A stretch of 64,000 nt of DNA from Pseudobdellovibrionaceae bacterium (lineage in GTDB: Bacteria > Bdellovibrionota > Bdellovibrionia > Bdellovibrionales > UBA1609), in contig CP060220.1 of assembly GCA_023898385.1 (NCBI GenBank), positions 76,993 to 140,992 of the forward strand, in the 5' to 3' direction. The position numbers and the translations under genes are program-made. The notes beneath the pieces were generated by a model. The model did not search any database. It was not told the origin of the DNA and worked only from the letters and a program-made list of their open reading frames with translations. Within the stretch, counting starts at the first letter, position 1. Each line of letters opens with the position of its first letter. Below are positions 1-9,156 of this stretch, piece by piece.

Positions 1-1091
1 TTGCAGCTAAAGAATATTCTGGAAATTTGGCAACGAACACTTTAGGTGGCCAGGGCGATTACTATAACCGCGGTGGCTCGGGCCAAGCTAAGATTTATCA
101 GGTGAATGGTGATGGAAGCTTAACGCTTCGACGAGTTCAAGATACTTGGACTGACGATTCCGTTGCCAGTGAAAAAGGGCTGCCCATGGTGATCAGTGAG
201 CTTCCGGACGTGACAACTCTGGGTGGAGCTGTGAGTGACCAAAGTGTGGGGGCATCCATTTCGACAAATAATTACAGTCACGCCAATCCCTTTGTGGCTC
301 GCAATTTAACTTTTTCAAATTCGACAGTTTCGTACGGGTCAAACAATATCGCTCGTATTTATCTGTATGCGGACCAAGTGGATTTTGGTGCAGGCACCAC
401 TCTTTCTGCTAATGGTGAAAATGGGGCTGATAACTCTGGGCCAGGTGGTGACGGGGCCGATGGCGGTGGCGGCGGCTCCAACGGCGGTGGTGGCGGTGCA
501 GGTAAAATGGGTGGTGGGGACCCTGGTACCAACGGAGGTAAGGGTGGTTCGTTAACGATTTCAGCCAAAGTGGGGCAAGGGGTTTCGGGGCGTAATCCCG
601 GTAAGCCAGCATTAAGATTTCCCGCCTACTTTGAAGAGTCATATCTTGATGACACATTTGACTACGGTATGGGTGGAAACGGTGGTAAGGGTGATGGTAC
701 AAACGCAGGCGTTGGTGGTGCGGGCACGCCATCGGCCGGTGGTGGCGGTGGCGGTGGCGAAGGTATCTGTTGTTCCACTGGTGGAGCTGGTGGCGGAGGC
801 GGTGGCGGAGGCCTTGTGGTGATCATAGCTAACAACATTATCGGTACGGGTGCTGTAAATGCCAAAGGTGGCAATGGTGGAATGCGATCTTTTGGTGATG
901 TTTGTGGCGGAGGTGGCGGTGGTGGTGTCGTTTGGATTGCCGCCAAGTCTTATAGCGGAGGGCTCTCGGCAAATGTGACCGGCGGAACATCCTGTGGCAG
1001 CGGTGTTGCTGGGCAGACGGGTTCAGCTAAAATATTTAAACTTAATAACGACGGAAGCTTAGAAGAAAAAACTTTTGGCGAAAGTTGGTAA
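1..1091 (+). CDS. Glycine-rich (poly-Gly) surface/secreted protein, 5'-partial
   Basis: ORF 27..1091. The frame stays open upstream to the window edge, so the true start is outside the window. Long GGGGG runs alternate with hydrophobic strands (GLVVIIANNIIGTG, GVVWIAAKSYSG). The motif AKI[YF]x[VL]NxDGSL occurs at both ends. Confidence 0.6.
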   Translation, partial: AAKEYSGNLATNTLGGQGDYYNRGGSGQAKIYQVNGDGSLTLRRVQDTWTDDSVASEKGLPMVISELPDVTTLGGAVSDQSVGASISTNNYSHANPFVARNLTFSNSTVSYGSNNIARIYLYADQVDFGAGTTLSANGENGADNSGPGGDGADGGGGGSNGGGGGAGKMGGGDPGTNGGKGGSLTISAKVGQGVSGRNPGKPALRFPAYFEESYLDDTFDYGMGGNGGKGDGTNAGVGGAGTPSAGGGGGGGEGICCSTGGAGGGGGGGGLVVIIANNIIGTGAVNAKGGNGGMRSFGDVCGGGGGGGVVWIAAKSYSGGLSANVTGGTSCGSGVAGQTGSAKIFKLNNDGSLEEKTFGESW

Positions 1092-1110
1092 ATCCCACTG
1101 ATAGCCAGGA

Positions 1111-1893
1111 CTAGCCTGGCCGTCGAAACACCCGAGCAAAAAAGAATGTTTTTTGAGCGGCTGAAATTTCAGGGGCACAACAAGCCGATTTGTTATCATC
1201 ACGGAGCAGTTCAAATATCAAGGCCGCTGACGACGATCCTAGCATGGGCCCAACGAAGTAAATCCAAAGTTGGTCATAGGGCAAACCTCCTGCCCATAAA
1301 GCGGGTCCAAGGCTGCGCGCTGGATTCATTGATGCTCCCGTAAACGGTCCACCGGCCAGGGCGCCCATGGTCACTGCCATGCCAATGGCAAGAGCCGGCA
1401 CCACTCCAGGCACTCGCCGATCAGTGGCGACGGCCATAATCACCAGCATTAAAAAAACCGTAAACACTACTTCAAGCCCTAAAGCTTGAAACGGCAAAAG
1501 TAATGAACTTGTGGCGCCAAAGTGAACAGCATCCGTAGAGGTTGCGGGCATAAGCAAGGCATGCGCCCCACTGGCAGCTATGGCACCAAGAGTCTGCATG
1601 ATCCAGTACGGAATCACAAATCGCCACCCAAAGCGGCCCGCCACGGCAAAACCCAAAGTGACGGCGGGGTTAAAGTGAGCGGCAGACACGGGTCCCAATG
1701 AAAAAATCATTGCTGCCACAACGGCACCAAAGGCCACAGAAATGCCTACATGGGTGACGGCCCCTTGGCTGTAGTGATTGGCAATCACGGCCCCGCAACC
1801 CACAAACACCAGTGCGAACGTGCCGATAAACTCAGCAAAGTAACGTTGCCACACTTGGTGCTCACCAGGTGTGTTAATAAGTTTGTCTAACAA
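1111..1893 (-). CDS. MIP-family channel (aquaporin/aquaglyceroporin)
   Basis: Two NPA boxes (HFNPAVT, MNPARS) and six hydrophobic segments. The start is uncertain: TTG 1893 follows a GGAGG, with alternatives TTG 1914 and GTG 1854. It overlaps the arsM stop, which suggests an operon. Confidence 0.85.
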   Translation of the reverse strand: MLDKLINTPGEHQVWQRYFAEFIGTFALVFVGCGAVIANHYSQGAVTHVGISVAFGAVVAAMIFSLGPVSAAHFNPAVTLGFAVAGRFGWRFVIPYWIMQTLGAIAASGAHALLMPATSTDAVHFGATSSLLLPFQALGLEVVFTVFLMLVIMAVATDRRVPGVVPALAIGMAVTMGALAGGPFTGASMNPARSLGPALWAGGLPYDQLWIYFVGPMLGSSSAALIFELLRDDNKSACCAPEISAAQKTFFFARVFRRPG

Positions 1894-2939
1894 CAGCCAC
1901 CTCCAGGTGCGCAAACCTCAGCAGCTGAGTTGCCCGCCACGGGGCTAGGTCCGCAGTCAAACAATCCATAGTGGGTGGACAAATCACCCTCTATGCGAAA
2001 ATGATTTTTAAACCGAGTGTCTGCAAGCATCATGGCTGTGTTTGAGCACACCAACATGGGCTTGCCCTTTTCAAACAGGTGATGGTCGTCTAAGGCAAAA
2101 TAGGTAGAATTATTATCAAGCGTCCCCTTATAGTAGGCCACCTGACCGTAATCTTCGCAGCGATCTTCCAGCGGAAGCTTAAAAGCGCGCATAGTGATTG
2201 AATAAAAGCGAGCGCCGTTTACTTTTTTGGATATTTCCGAATCAGTGATCGAAATCTCAGAGGCGTACATTTGCCTTGAATCTTTGCAACCCACTTCAAA
2301 AAGCAAGCGGCGAAAGTCTTCGGTGTAAAGGGCGCCGCCGAGGCATTCGCCAAGCAGTGTTTGATCTTCACGACAAGCCTGAGGTAGGCGTCGGTCACAA
2401 TAAACATCAGAAAAATACAACTCTCCACCAGGTTTTAAAACGCGAAAAATTTCTCGAAAAACGCGCTCTTTTTCAGGAGACAGATTAATCACGCAATTAG
2501 ACACCACCAAATCCACTGACTCGTTGGCAATGCCGGCAGACTCAAGGTCTTCGATGTAACCCTTCACGAATTGCACGTTGGATTGCGTGTATCCAAACTT
2601 TTTCATTTGTGAATCAACATGTCGATTGGCCACTTCCAACTGCTCGTCGGTCATGTCTATGCCAATGACCTTTCCCGTTTCGCCAACCAATTGCGAAAGT
2701 AAGTAAACATCGCGCCCAGTGCCGCAGCCAAGATCTAGCACCGTCAATCCCTTAAGCTCACTGGGAAAAGGGGCTCCGCAACCGTAAAATTTATCTTGAA
2801 TTTCTGCATCAATATTTTTTGTCAGCGCAATCAAATGAGCCGGCATGGACTCCACACTGCAACAGGCTGTGGTTTTAAGATCATTTTTTGTTTTTAAAAC
2901 TTTACCGTAGTAATCGCGAACCTTGTCGAGCTGACTCAT
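1887..2939 (-). CDS. arsM: Arsenite S-adenosylmethionine methyltransferase
   Basis: SAM-binding motif VLDLGCGTGRD. The N-terminal sequence YYGKVLKTKNDLKTTACC and conserved Cys pairs are typical of ArsM. GGAGG lies 6 nt upstream of the ATG. Confidence 0.9.
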   Translation of the reverse strand: MSQLDKVRDYYGKVLKTKNDLKTTACCSVESMPAHLIALTKNIDAEIQDKFYGCGAPFPSELKGLTVLDLGCGTGRDVYLLSQLVGETGKVIGIDMTDEQLEVANRHVDSQMKKFGYTQSNVQFVKGYIEDLESAGIANESVDLVVSNCVINLSPEKERVFREIFRVLKPGGELYFSDVYCDRRLPQACREDQTLLGECLGGALYTEDFRRLLFEVGCKDSRQMYASEISITDSEISKKVNGARFYSITMRAFKLPLEDRCEDYGQVAYYKGTLDNNSTYFALDDHHLFEKGKPMLVCSNTAMMLADTRFKNHFRIEGDLSTHYGLFDCGPSPVAGNSAAEVCAPGGGCC

Positions 2940-3156
2940 TTTTTACCTCCAAAGGCGAAGCAGACTTGAAAATTTTCAATACAACGAAGGGAGTCTAGCG
3001 ACCGCACGGGGGAGTGGTCAAAACAGATTACAAAAACACTCGCCCTGACCAGTGGCGTTGGCGAAACTGGACGTGGTGGTTATTCGCCGCAGGAGGTGAC
3101 AGACAGTAAGTTGAGAGCCAATAGAAAATAGGCTACAGCGAGCTCCTTGCGTCTAT

Positions 3157-4209
3157 TTACTTGAGAAGGCGACCACAATCGCGATCTGAAAACCTCAAGA
3201 CATGTTTGGAACTGAGCGCCGAAAGCTGGGCCTGGTCCCCACGGGCCTTGGCTTCCCGCATAAGGCGCCATTGCTGTTGGGCGTCCGTAGCCTGATCGTG
3301 AGCCTTGAGCACATTTTCTTTGATTTGGTCCATGAGGTGACCCAATTGTACGCCGCGAGTTTCAAGGAATTCAAATTGTTGCAAGTGGCGCTCAATGCCC
3401 AATTGTAAAAACTCAATTAAATCAGGTGGAGGAATATCATCAAACTGAGGTAGATCACCCAGGGCACCGACAAAATAAACGAAGTCTTTTTTAAGCGCCT
3501 GCTCGTAGTATTGAGTAATCTGCATTTTTAAGACTTCAGAAAGAGGGATTGTTTCAAGGTCACTCCTCAATGCAGCTAATCCCAGGGTGTGAATGGTTTG
3601 ATAGTCCATCATTCGTAAACTCATCTCGCCAATAAGATGTAAAAGCTCTCGACTGTGTCGCAGCTCTTCAAAATTGTGTCCTTCAAGGTATTCGTGTTGT
3701 TGGCTAATGCGGACCAAAGCATGAAACTTTAAAAGCCGTGAAAAAAGCGGGTAATCTTCAGCAAACGCAGGCAGGTGGATGATAAAACGCTCTCGAGCAG
3801 GAATCACATGAAAGCCCTGTTCCTCCGGAAAATCTGTGGAACGATACCCTTTTACGTCCCATAAAACATTTTCGTCGTGAAAGTAGGCTTGATAGTAACT
3901 CTCTTGCCGATGCAATGGGATCTGACCTAAAAACTCAACAAAAAGGGCATCCAATTGGCTCGCGGGAGATTGTGCCGCGGTAGAACGTCGAAATTCTTTG
4001 GGGAGGCCAGGGATCTGGCCACTGTGACTGAGGGCCGGAATGTTGAGGTTGGCAACTAATTCGATCGCTTCACTCATTCTCTGGTGCAATGGAGTGGGCA
4101 ATAACCGGTGTTGCATACCCTCTTCGGCCCAGAGATCGGGCCGCATGACCGCATAGGCTTGAGTGGAAACAACAAGAAGTGTCCCAATAATCACAGCTTT
4201 TTTAAACAA
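3157..4209 (-). CDS. Secreted hypothetical protein
   Basis: TTG start preceded by GGAGGG. Signal peptide MFKKAVIIGTLLVVSTQAYA. I recognise no family. Confidence 0.6.
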   Translation of the reverse strand: MFKKAVIIGTLLVVSTQAYAVMRPDLWAEEGMQHRLLPTPLHQRMSEAIELVANLNIPALSHSGQIPGLPKEFRRSTAAQSPASQLDALFVEFLGQIPLHRQESYYQAYFHDENVLWDVKGYRSTDFPEEQGFHVIPARERFIIHLPAFAEDYPLFSRLLKFHALVRISQQHEYLEGHNFEELRHSRELLHLIGEMSLRMMDYQTIHTLGLAALRSDLETIPLSEVLKMQITQYYEQALKKDFVYFVGALGDLPQFDDIPPPDLIEFLQLGIERHLQQFEFLETRGVQLGHLMDQIKENVLKAHDQATDAQQQWRLMREAKARGDQAQLSALSSKHVLRFSDRDCGRLLK

Positions 4210-4290
4210 TTCCTATCCCTCCGGAATTCCCAAAACCCGGTTTTATAGCAAACTCTTGCGCATCATGCCATTTGATTTTTGCAATGCGGC

Positions 4291-5166
4291 CTATAAGGTA
4301 GATTTATGTATGAAGTCAGGTCTTGGGGTGGTGGCTCTCAAATTACCACTTTGAAGGGCGTGGCAGCTGCCGGTGCCGTGTTTTCGATACCCGGCCAAAA
4401 GAATGCGGTGTTTTTTTATGTAGGTCTTCCAAGTTTCTCGTTGCTCGTCTTGGCTGAGAAACGGGGAGTTGAGATGCTTTTCAAGGGCGCGAAGTCTCCA
4501 ATAGTCCATGGCCACATAAAGGTGAGAGAGTTGATCCGCATGTCCCCCGTACTTGGTGATAAGAGGCTCTTCAATGTATGCCACTTCGTATTTTGAGCAA
4601 ATACGTAACCACAGCTCGTAGTCCTCACACACCCGAAACTGTTCATCAAACAAGCCCACATCGTCAAATACGGTTCGGTGGATCAGCGCCGTGGAGGGGC
4701 TAATACAGCATAGGGGGAGGCATTGGGTGTAGATCCGTCCCCCACTTTTTTTGTGCTTTGATTTCTGGGCGAGTGGGGTGCCATTTCTAATCCAGTTTTC
4801 ATTCGTATGAATGAGAGGTCGCATCGCTTTTGAAAGCAGCACCTCCACTTGCTTTTCCAGTTTTTCAGGGTGCCACTCATCGTCTGAGTCTAAAAAGGCC
4901 AACCATTCACCCTTTGAGGCCCGTATGGCCCGGTTTCGAGCTGCACTGACCCCCTGGTTCGGGGTGCGAAAAGACAGGACTTTTTCAGGATCCCATTGTG
5001 AAAGCCACAGATCGGTATCGTCTGTGGACCCATCATCCACCACGATCACCTCGTAGGGAGAATAGGATTGGTTCCAAACAGAGGCGAGCGCCCGCTCTAG
5101 GGTGTGCCTTCGATTGTACGTGGGGATGATCACCGAGATTTTCGGGCCTCTGCTTGGTTGCACCAT
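4291..5166 (-). CDS. Family 2 glycosyltransferase
   Basis: ISVIIPTYNRRHTLERALASVWNQSY...VIVVDDGSTDDT and the DSDD motif are typical of GT2. Confidence 0.85.
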   Translation of the reverse strand: MVQPSRGPKISVIIPTYNRRHTLERALASVWNQSYSPYEVIVVDDGSTDDTDLWLSQWDPEKVLSFRTPNQGVSAARNRAIRASKGEWLAFLDSDDEWHPEKLEKQVEVLLSKAMRPLIHTNENWIRNGTPLAQKSKHKKSGGRIYTQCLPLCCISPSTALIHRTVFDDVGLFDEQFRVCEDYELWLRICSKYEVAYIEEPLITKYGGHADQLSHLYVAMDYWRLRALEKHLNSPFLSQDEQRETWKTYIKKHRILLAGYRKHGTGSCHALQSGNLRATTPRPDFIHKSTL

Positions 5167-5274
5167 AAGCAAGTGGACATATCACAGAAACACGCCATGG
5201 CAATGGCCCTTTGAGAAGTTGATTTCCATCCAATTTAACGCTATACGCCAGAGCCTTACCACGCGAGGCGATCA

Positions 5275-6225
5275 TTGTTTTTTGAAGGCTCTGAAAAGAA
5301 ATTTGAATTGATTGTGAAGCCCGGCGGGCCATCGTTTTTTGATTGGTCCACAAAAGAATGGGCCAAGGTCGTCGAAATGTCTCAAGCTCAAATTTTATCT
5401 GAGTTGAGCAACGAGCGAGTCCGAGCCTATCTGCTTTCAGAATCAAGCCTTTTTGTCTGGAAACATCACATCACCATGATCACCTGCGGGCAAACGCGAT
5501 TGATCAATGCACTAGAGTATGTGTTGTCAAAGCTTGACCCTGACAGCGTGGAAGCCGTGATTTATGAGAGAAAAAACGAGTACTTTCCCCACCGGCAGTC
5601 GACGGATTTCTACCAAGACTCCAAACGCCTAAAGGCACTTGTGGGCGGCCAAGCCTTTCGCTTTGGTCATGCTGACACCCACCACCTATTTTTGTTCGAT
5701 ATGGGTAAGTCGTACCACCCAGAACCCAGTGACACCACACTTGAGGTTTTGATGTATGGACTCAGGGATCACGCGTATGAATTATTTGCCAATGCGGCCA
5801 CCGGCAGGGAGGCCATTCGAAGAAACACGGGTATTGCAGATTTATTGCCGGGTTTTTTGATTGATGATTATGTGTTTTCCCCCTGCGGTTACTCATTGAA
5901 TGCCATTAATGGCGATCAGTATTTCACCATCCATGTCACACCCCAAGAAGATAGCCCCTATGTCAGCTTTGAAACCAATGTGACAAAGGGTGATTCCTAT
6001 GCGCCTTTGGTACGGCGGGTGGTGGAGGTCTTTCAGCCGCAGGCCTTCGACGTTGTGGAGTTTATCCCGAAAAACAACAAGCCGATGACAGAGCCGATGA
6101 CCATCAGAGGTTATCATAACAAAAGTTTCGTTCAGCAAAATTTGAGCAGTGGGTACAACGTGAGTTTTTGCCACTTTGATCAACCGGGCTTTGTTTCGAC
6201 AAAAGCCGTTTCTTTGGAGATTTAA
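5275..6225 (+). CDS. S-adenosylmethionine decarboxylase proenzyme, eukaryote-type (class 2)
   Basis: TTG start after GAGG. FFEGSEKKFE, the self-cleavage motif YLLSESSLFV, TCGQT, TLEVLMY, PCGYSLN and TIHVTPQEDSPYVSFETN all align with hallmark blocks of human/yeast AdoMetDC. Confidence 0.85.
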   Translation: MFFEGSEKKFELIVKPGGPSFFDWSTKEWAKVVEMSQAQILSELSNERVRAYLLSESSLFVWKHHITMITCGQTRLINALEYVLSKLDPDSVEAVIYERKNEYFPHRQSTDFYQDSKRLKALVGGQAFRFGHADTHHLFLFDMGKSYHPEPSDTTLEVLMYGLRDHAYELFANAATGREAIRRNTGIADLLPGFLIDDYVFSPCGYSLNAINGDQYFTIHVTPQEDSPYVSFETNVTKGDSYAPLVRRVVEVFQPQAFDVVEFIPKNNKPMTEPMTIRGYHNKSFVQQNLSSGYNVSFCHFDQPGFVSTKAVSLEI

Positions 6226-6226
6226 T

Positions 6227-7102
6227 ATGTCTAGTGAGTCCCAGTTCATTGAAGGTGGTTGGGCCACTGAGGTTCACCGCAACGGATACCGCATGGGGTA
6301 TCGAGTGGCCGCCTCGCTTTTTTCGCAAAAAAGTGAGTTTCAGCAAGTAGATGTTGTTGAAACTGAAGGGCATGGCCGCATGTTGTTTAATGATCACTTG
6401 GCTATGATTTCAGAGCGAGATGAGTTTATTTACCATGACATGATTACCCATGTGCCGCTTTTTGTGCATCCCAACCCCAAGCGGGTGTTGGTAATTGGAG
6501 GTGGTGATGGTGGAACGGCTCGTGAGGTGCTTCGCCATGGCTCTGTTGAAGTCTGCGACATGGTAGAAATTGATGAATTAGTTGTTGAGGCCTGCAAGAA
6601 ATTTATTCCCCAAACTTCAGTGGTATTTGGTAACCCCAAGTTAAATCTTATGATCGAAGATGGGGTGAAGTATGTGGCCGAAACGGACAAAACATATGAC
6701 GTGGTGATTGTGGATTCTACAGACCCCATTGGGCCCGCACAGCCTTTGTTTGGCTCGGAGTTTTATAAAAACATTCATCGAATTTTGGCTGACGATGGCA
6801 TAGTGGTTTCACAAGGGGAGTCACCGTTTTTTGACGTGACCATGCAGCAAAAATTATTGTCGATTATTGGTGAGTTTTTTCCGGTGGCCACCATTTATAA
6901 TTTCAACAACCTCACTTATCCTGGTGGCCTATGGTCGTTCACCTTTGGTAGCAAAAAATATCACCCCATAAAAGACTTCAACCCCTCTCAAGTGGAAAGG
7001 TCGCCACTGGATTTTCAATATTACAATGCAGATCTTCACCGGGCCTGTTTTTGTTTGCCTACTTTTATGCAAAAAAATTTGGAAGGTTTGATCAAAGAAT
7101 GA
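6227..7102 (+). CDS. speE: Spermidine synthase
   Basis: VLVIGGGDGGTAREVLRH and DVVIVDSTDPIGPA motifs. The ATG lies 2 nt after the upstream stop, preceded by a GGAGA SD. Confidence 0.9.
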   Translation: MSSESQFIEGGWATEVHRNGYRMGYRVAASLFSQKSEFQQVDVVETEGHGRMLFNDHLAMISERDEFIYHDMITHVPLFVHPNPKRVLVIGGGDGGTAREVLRHGSVEVCDMVEIDELVVEACKKFIPQTSVVFGNPKLNLMIEDGVKYVAETDKTYDVVIVDSTDPIGPAQPLFGSEFYKNIHRILADDGIVVSQGESPFFDVTMQQKLLSIIGEFFPVATIYNFNNLTYPGGLWSFTFGSKKYHPIKDFNPSQVERSPLDFQYYNADLHRACFCLPTFMQKNLEGLIKE

Positions 7103-7779
7103 GTTTATTAGAGGATTCCTTTTCAGGTTCAGAGGGCCAGATTTATTCTTCAGACCAGGTGATAGAAGCCCTATCTCCGCAAATCACGGCTCGACGACTG
7201 GCGCGCATGAAAGAAGTGGTGGCTGAGCGCACCTACAGTTTTGCGTCAGTGCTTGAAAATATTTACGACAGAGGCAATGTAAGTGCAGTGATGCGAAGTG
7301 CAGAGGCCTTTGGGTTTATGAATTTTCATATTGTTGAACAACCCGACGCTCGATTTAAAGCGGCCAATCGAGTAACTCAAGGCACAGATAAGTGGCTCGA
7401 TATTAAAAAACATGCATCGACATCAGCGTGTGTGTCGCAATTGAGAGGCTATGGTTATAAAATATATGCCACTCACCTTGAGGCCTCTGTGCCCATTGAC
7501 GAAGTGGATTTCAGCCAGCCCACAGCCGTTGTGTTCGGAAATGAAAAAGATGGCGTAAGTGATGAAATGCTGAGTGCCTGTGATGGGCGAATCATTTTGC
7601 CGATGCATGGTTTTGCACAGAGTTTTAATATTTCAGTGGCCGCAGCCATCACCTTCTATCATGTCTACCAAGCTAGAACTGCCGCTTTAGGGAAAAGCGG
7701 CGACCTCAGTGAGCAGGATCAACAAATTCTTTTTGCTAGGTACATACAAAAGAGTGTGCCGAGATCGGCCCTGCGATAA
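7099..7779 (+). CDS. trmH: SpoU/TrmH-family tRNA 2'-O-methyltransferase
   Basis: ATGA start/stop overlap with speE. NVSAVMRSAEAFG, VVFGNEKDGVS and SFNISVAAAI are SpoU motifs. Confidence 0.8.
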   Translation: MSLLEDSFSGSEGQIYSSDQVIEALSPQITARRLARMKEVVAERTYSFASVLENIYDRGNVSAVMRSAEAFGFMNFHIVEQPDARFKAANRVTQGTDKWLDIKKHASTSACVSQLRGYGYKIYATHLEASVPIDEVDFSQPTAVVFGNEKDGVSDEMLSACDGRIILPMHGFAQSFNISVAAAITFYHVYQARTAALGKSGDLSEQDQQILFARYIQKSVPRSALR

Positions 7780-7881
7780 GGCCTCAGGGGAGCCGAGTTT
7801 ATTTAAAAACTCTATTCCAAAATTGACATTCATGAGTGGCATCAGATTGCAAAACACATTGTGGGGTGTGTATCAAGGCCT

Positions 7882-8412
7882 TTAATTGATGATCCGGAGC
7901 CGCTGGATTTGTTTTTCGTTACCAGCCAAGGTGTTTTCAAGCTCCGTTTTTTGTTGAAAGAGAGCCTGCTTTTCCTGGTCGCTGAGCGAGCGATCATTGA
8001 GTTTACTCAACACCAAATTTATGTTTTGCCCCAGTTGCCTTTGGGTCGCCTCTAGGCGGAGGACCCTTTCGCCTCGTTCATAAGCTCTTTGAAAGGCGAG
8101 GGATTGTACAGAGGGGCAAATATTCACAAGGGGTTGGCCTGTGCGGCCCCGGTTAAAGCCATTTTCAGGGGTGCAAAACTTGGCTAGGCCAGCGTTATAT
8201 CCGTTTTCATAGAGGCGGGAGATGGTCTCACTGGAAGATTGCGGGCAGCTCGCTGTAACCTCTGTCCATTTGGGCTCAAGGCCACGAAATCCCTGGCGCC
8301 GACCCAACTCGTACCAATCTGGCTCTTGGCAATTCGCCGATAGAGGGGTTGATCCACAGCCTGTGGTGCCAATGAGGATCAGTAAAGATATAAATAACAC
8401 TAAAGATTTCAT
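7882..8412 (-). CDS. DUF2799-type lipoprotein
   Basis: Lipobox LIGTTGC at internal ATG 8412. Repeated C..DW...G...G and Y..GY..G...FC blocks, followed by a coiled-coil tail. Confidence 0.7.
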   Translation of the reverse strand: MKSLVLFISLLILIGTTGCGSTPLSANCQEPDWYELGRRQGFRGLEPKWTEVTASCPQSSSETISRLYENGYNAGLAKFCTPENGFNRGRTGQPLVNICPSVQSLAFQRAYERGERVLRLEATQRQLGQNINLVLSKLNDRSLSDQEKQALFQQKTELENTLAGNEKQIQRLRIIN

Positions 8413-8476
8413 GAGCTTGCCTAAGTCTCCCTGGGAAAGTATAGCAAGGGTCGTCCCGCTGACCAAGAGGAGAGTT

Positions 8477-8857
8477 ATGAGTGAGGAAAAATTGTATGGT
8501 GAGATAGCCATTGAAAACAACGAGCTGGAGCGTTTTGAAAACCGCACGCAGGTTCGACGTTATGAAGTGGATTTTAACTGCCCCGAGTTTACCTGCATCT
8601 GTCCTCGCAGTGGCTTTCCGGATTTTGCAACCATTCAAATTCGATATGTGCCAGATCAGTGGTGTGTAGAGTTAAAGTCTCTAAAGCTTTACATTAATAG
8701 TTTTCGCAATAAAAAAGTTTTTCACGAAGATGTGACTAATAATATTCTCGATGATTTGGTCACCTTACTCGATCCTCACGAAATCGAAGTGGTGGGCGAT
8801 TTTAATGTGCGTGGCAATATCAAGACAGTGGTGAAGGCTCGTCACTCAAAGGCATAA
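8477..8857 (+). CDS. queF: NADPH-dependent 7-cyano-7-deazaguanine reductase
   Basis: CPEFTCICPRSGFPDF and ELKSLKLY motifs. ATG 8477 is preceded by AAGAGGAGAG. The upstream part of the 8222 ORF overlaps the divergent lipoprotein gene. Confidence 0.9.
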   Translation: MSEEKLYGEIAIENNELERFENRTQVRRYEVDFNCPEFTCICPRSGFPDFATIQIRYVPDQWCVELKSLKLYINSFRNKKVFHEDVTNNILDDLVTLLDPHEIEVVGDFNVRGNIKTVVKARHSKA

Positions 8858-8862
8858 AAAAA

Positions 8863-8897
8863 AGAGCCAGGCACAAAAAAATTGTACACCTGGCTCT
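8863..8897. terminator. Long hairpin after queF (bidirectional-terminator-like)
   Basis: AGAGCCAGG (8863-8871) pairs with CCTGGCTCT (8889-8897). An A-run lies upstream, which gives a U-run only when read on the minus strand. Confidence 0.45.
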
Positions 8898-9156
8898 CAA
8901 GGAGTTTGCGTTGCAAGGCCCAGGGTCATTCAATATGACCTAGGTCTTTATGTATTTCACATCTTGTGCCAACCCTTTGGCCCGGGAAGCATAGCTCTCC
9001 CCATTTTATGGTCTAGGCCTTTGACATTGTCGATGACATTGACGTTTTCTAAAATTGCGGGAGCGCGTTGTTTCAGTCTGAAGTCGCGTTGCCAGGAGCA
9101 TGGTGTCGCGCCCATAATGGAAGGGTCAGAACACGATCTCAGGTAAGGACATCTCA

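Noticed and set aside
359-946. Pro-rich ORFs on the minus strand (359..568, 409..732, 662..946) and + strand ORFs in other frames
   Set aside because: They are antisense or off-frame shadows of (GGN)n glycine codons. CCN codons give poly-Pro.
8222-8476. Long N-terminal extensions of several track ORFs, for example queF from 8222, lipoprotein from 8547, speE from 6176, trmH from 7051, hydrolase from 17729 and lnt from 55638
   Set aside because: Internal starts with an SD, a signal peptide or family-length agreement fit better. The extensions overlap neighbouring genes.
8926-8945. ATGACCTAGG, the reverse complement of part of the 18-bp IS target repeat
   Set aside because: It is only a 10-nt match centred on the CCTAGG palindrome, which is consistent with chance.
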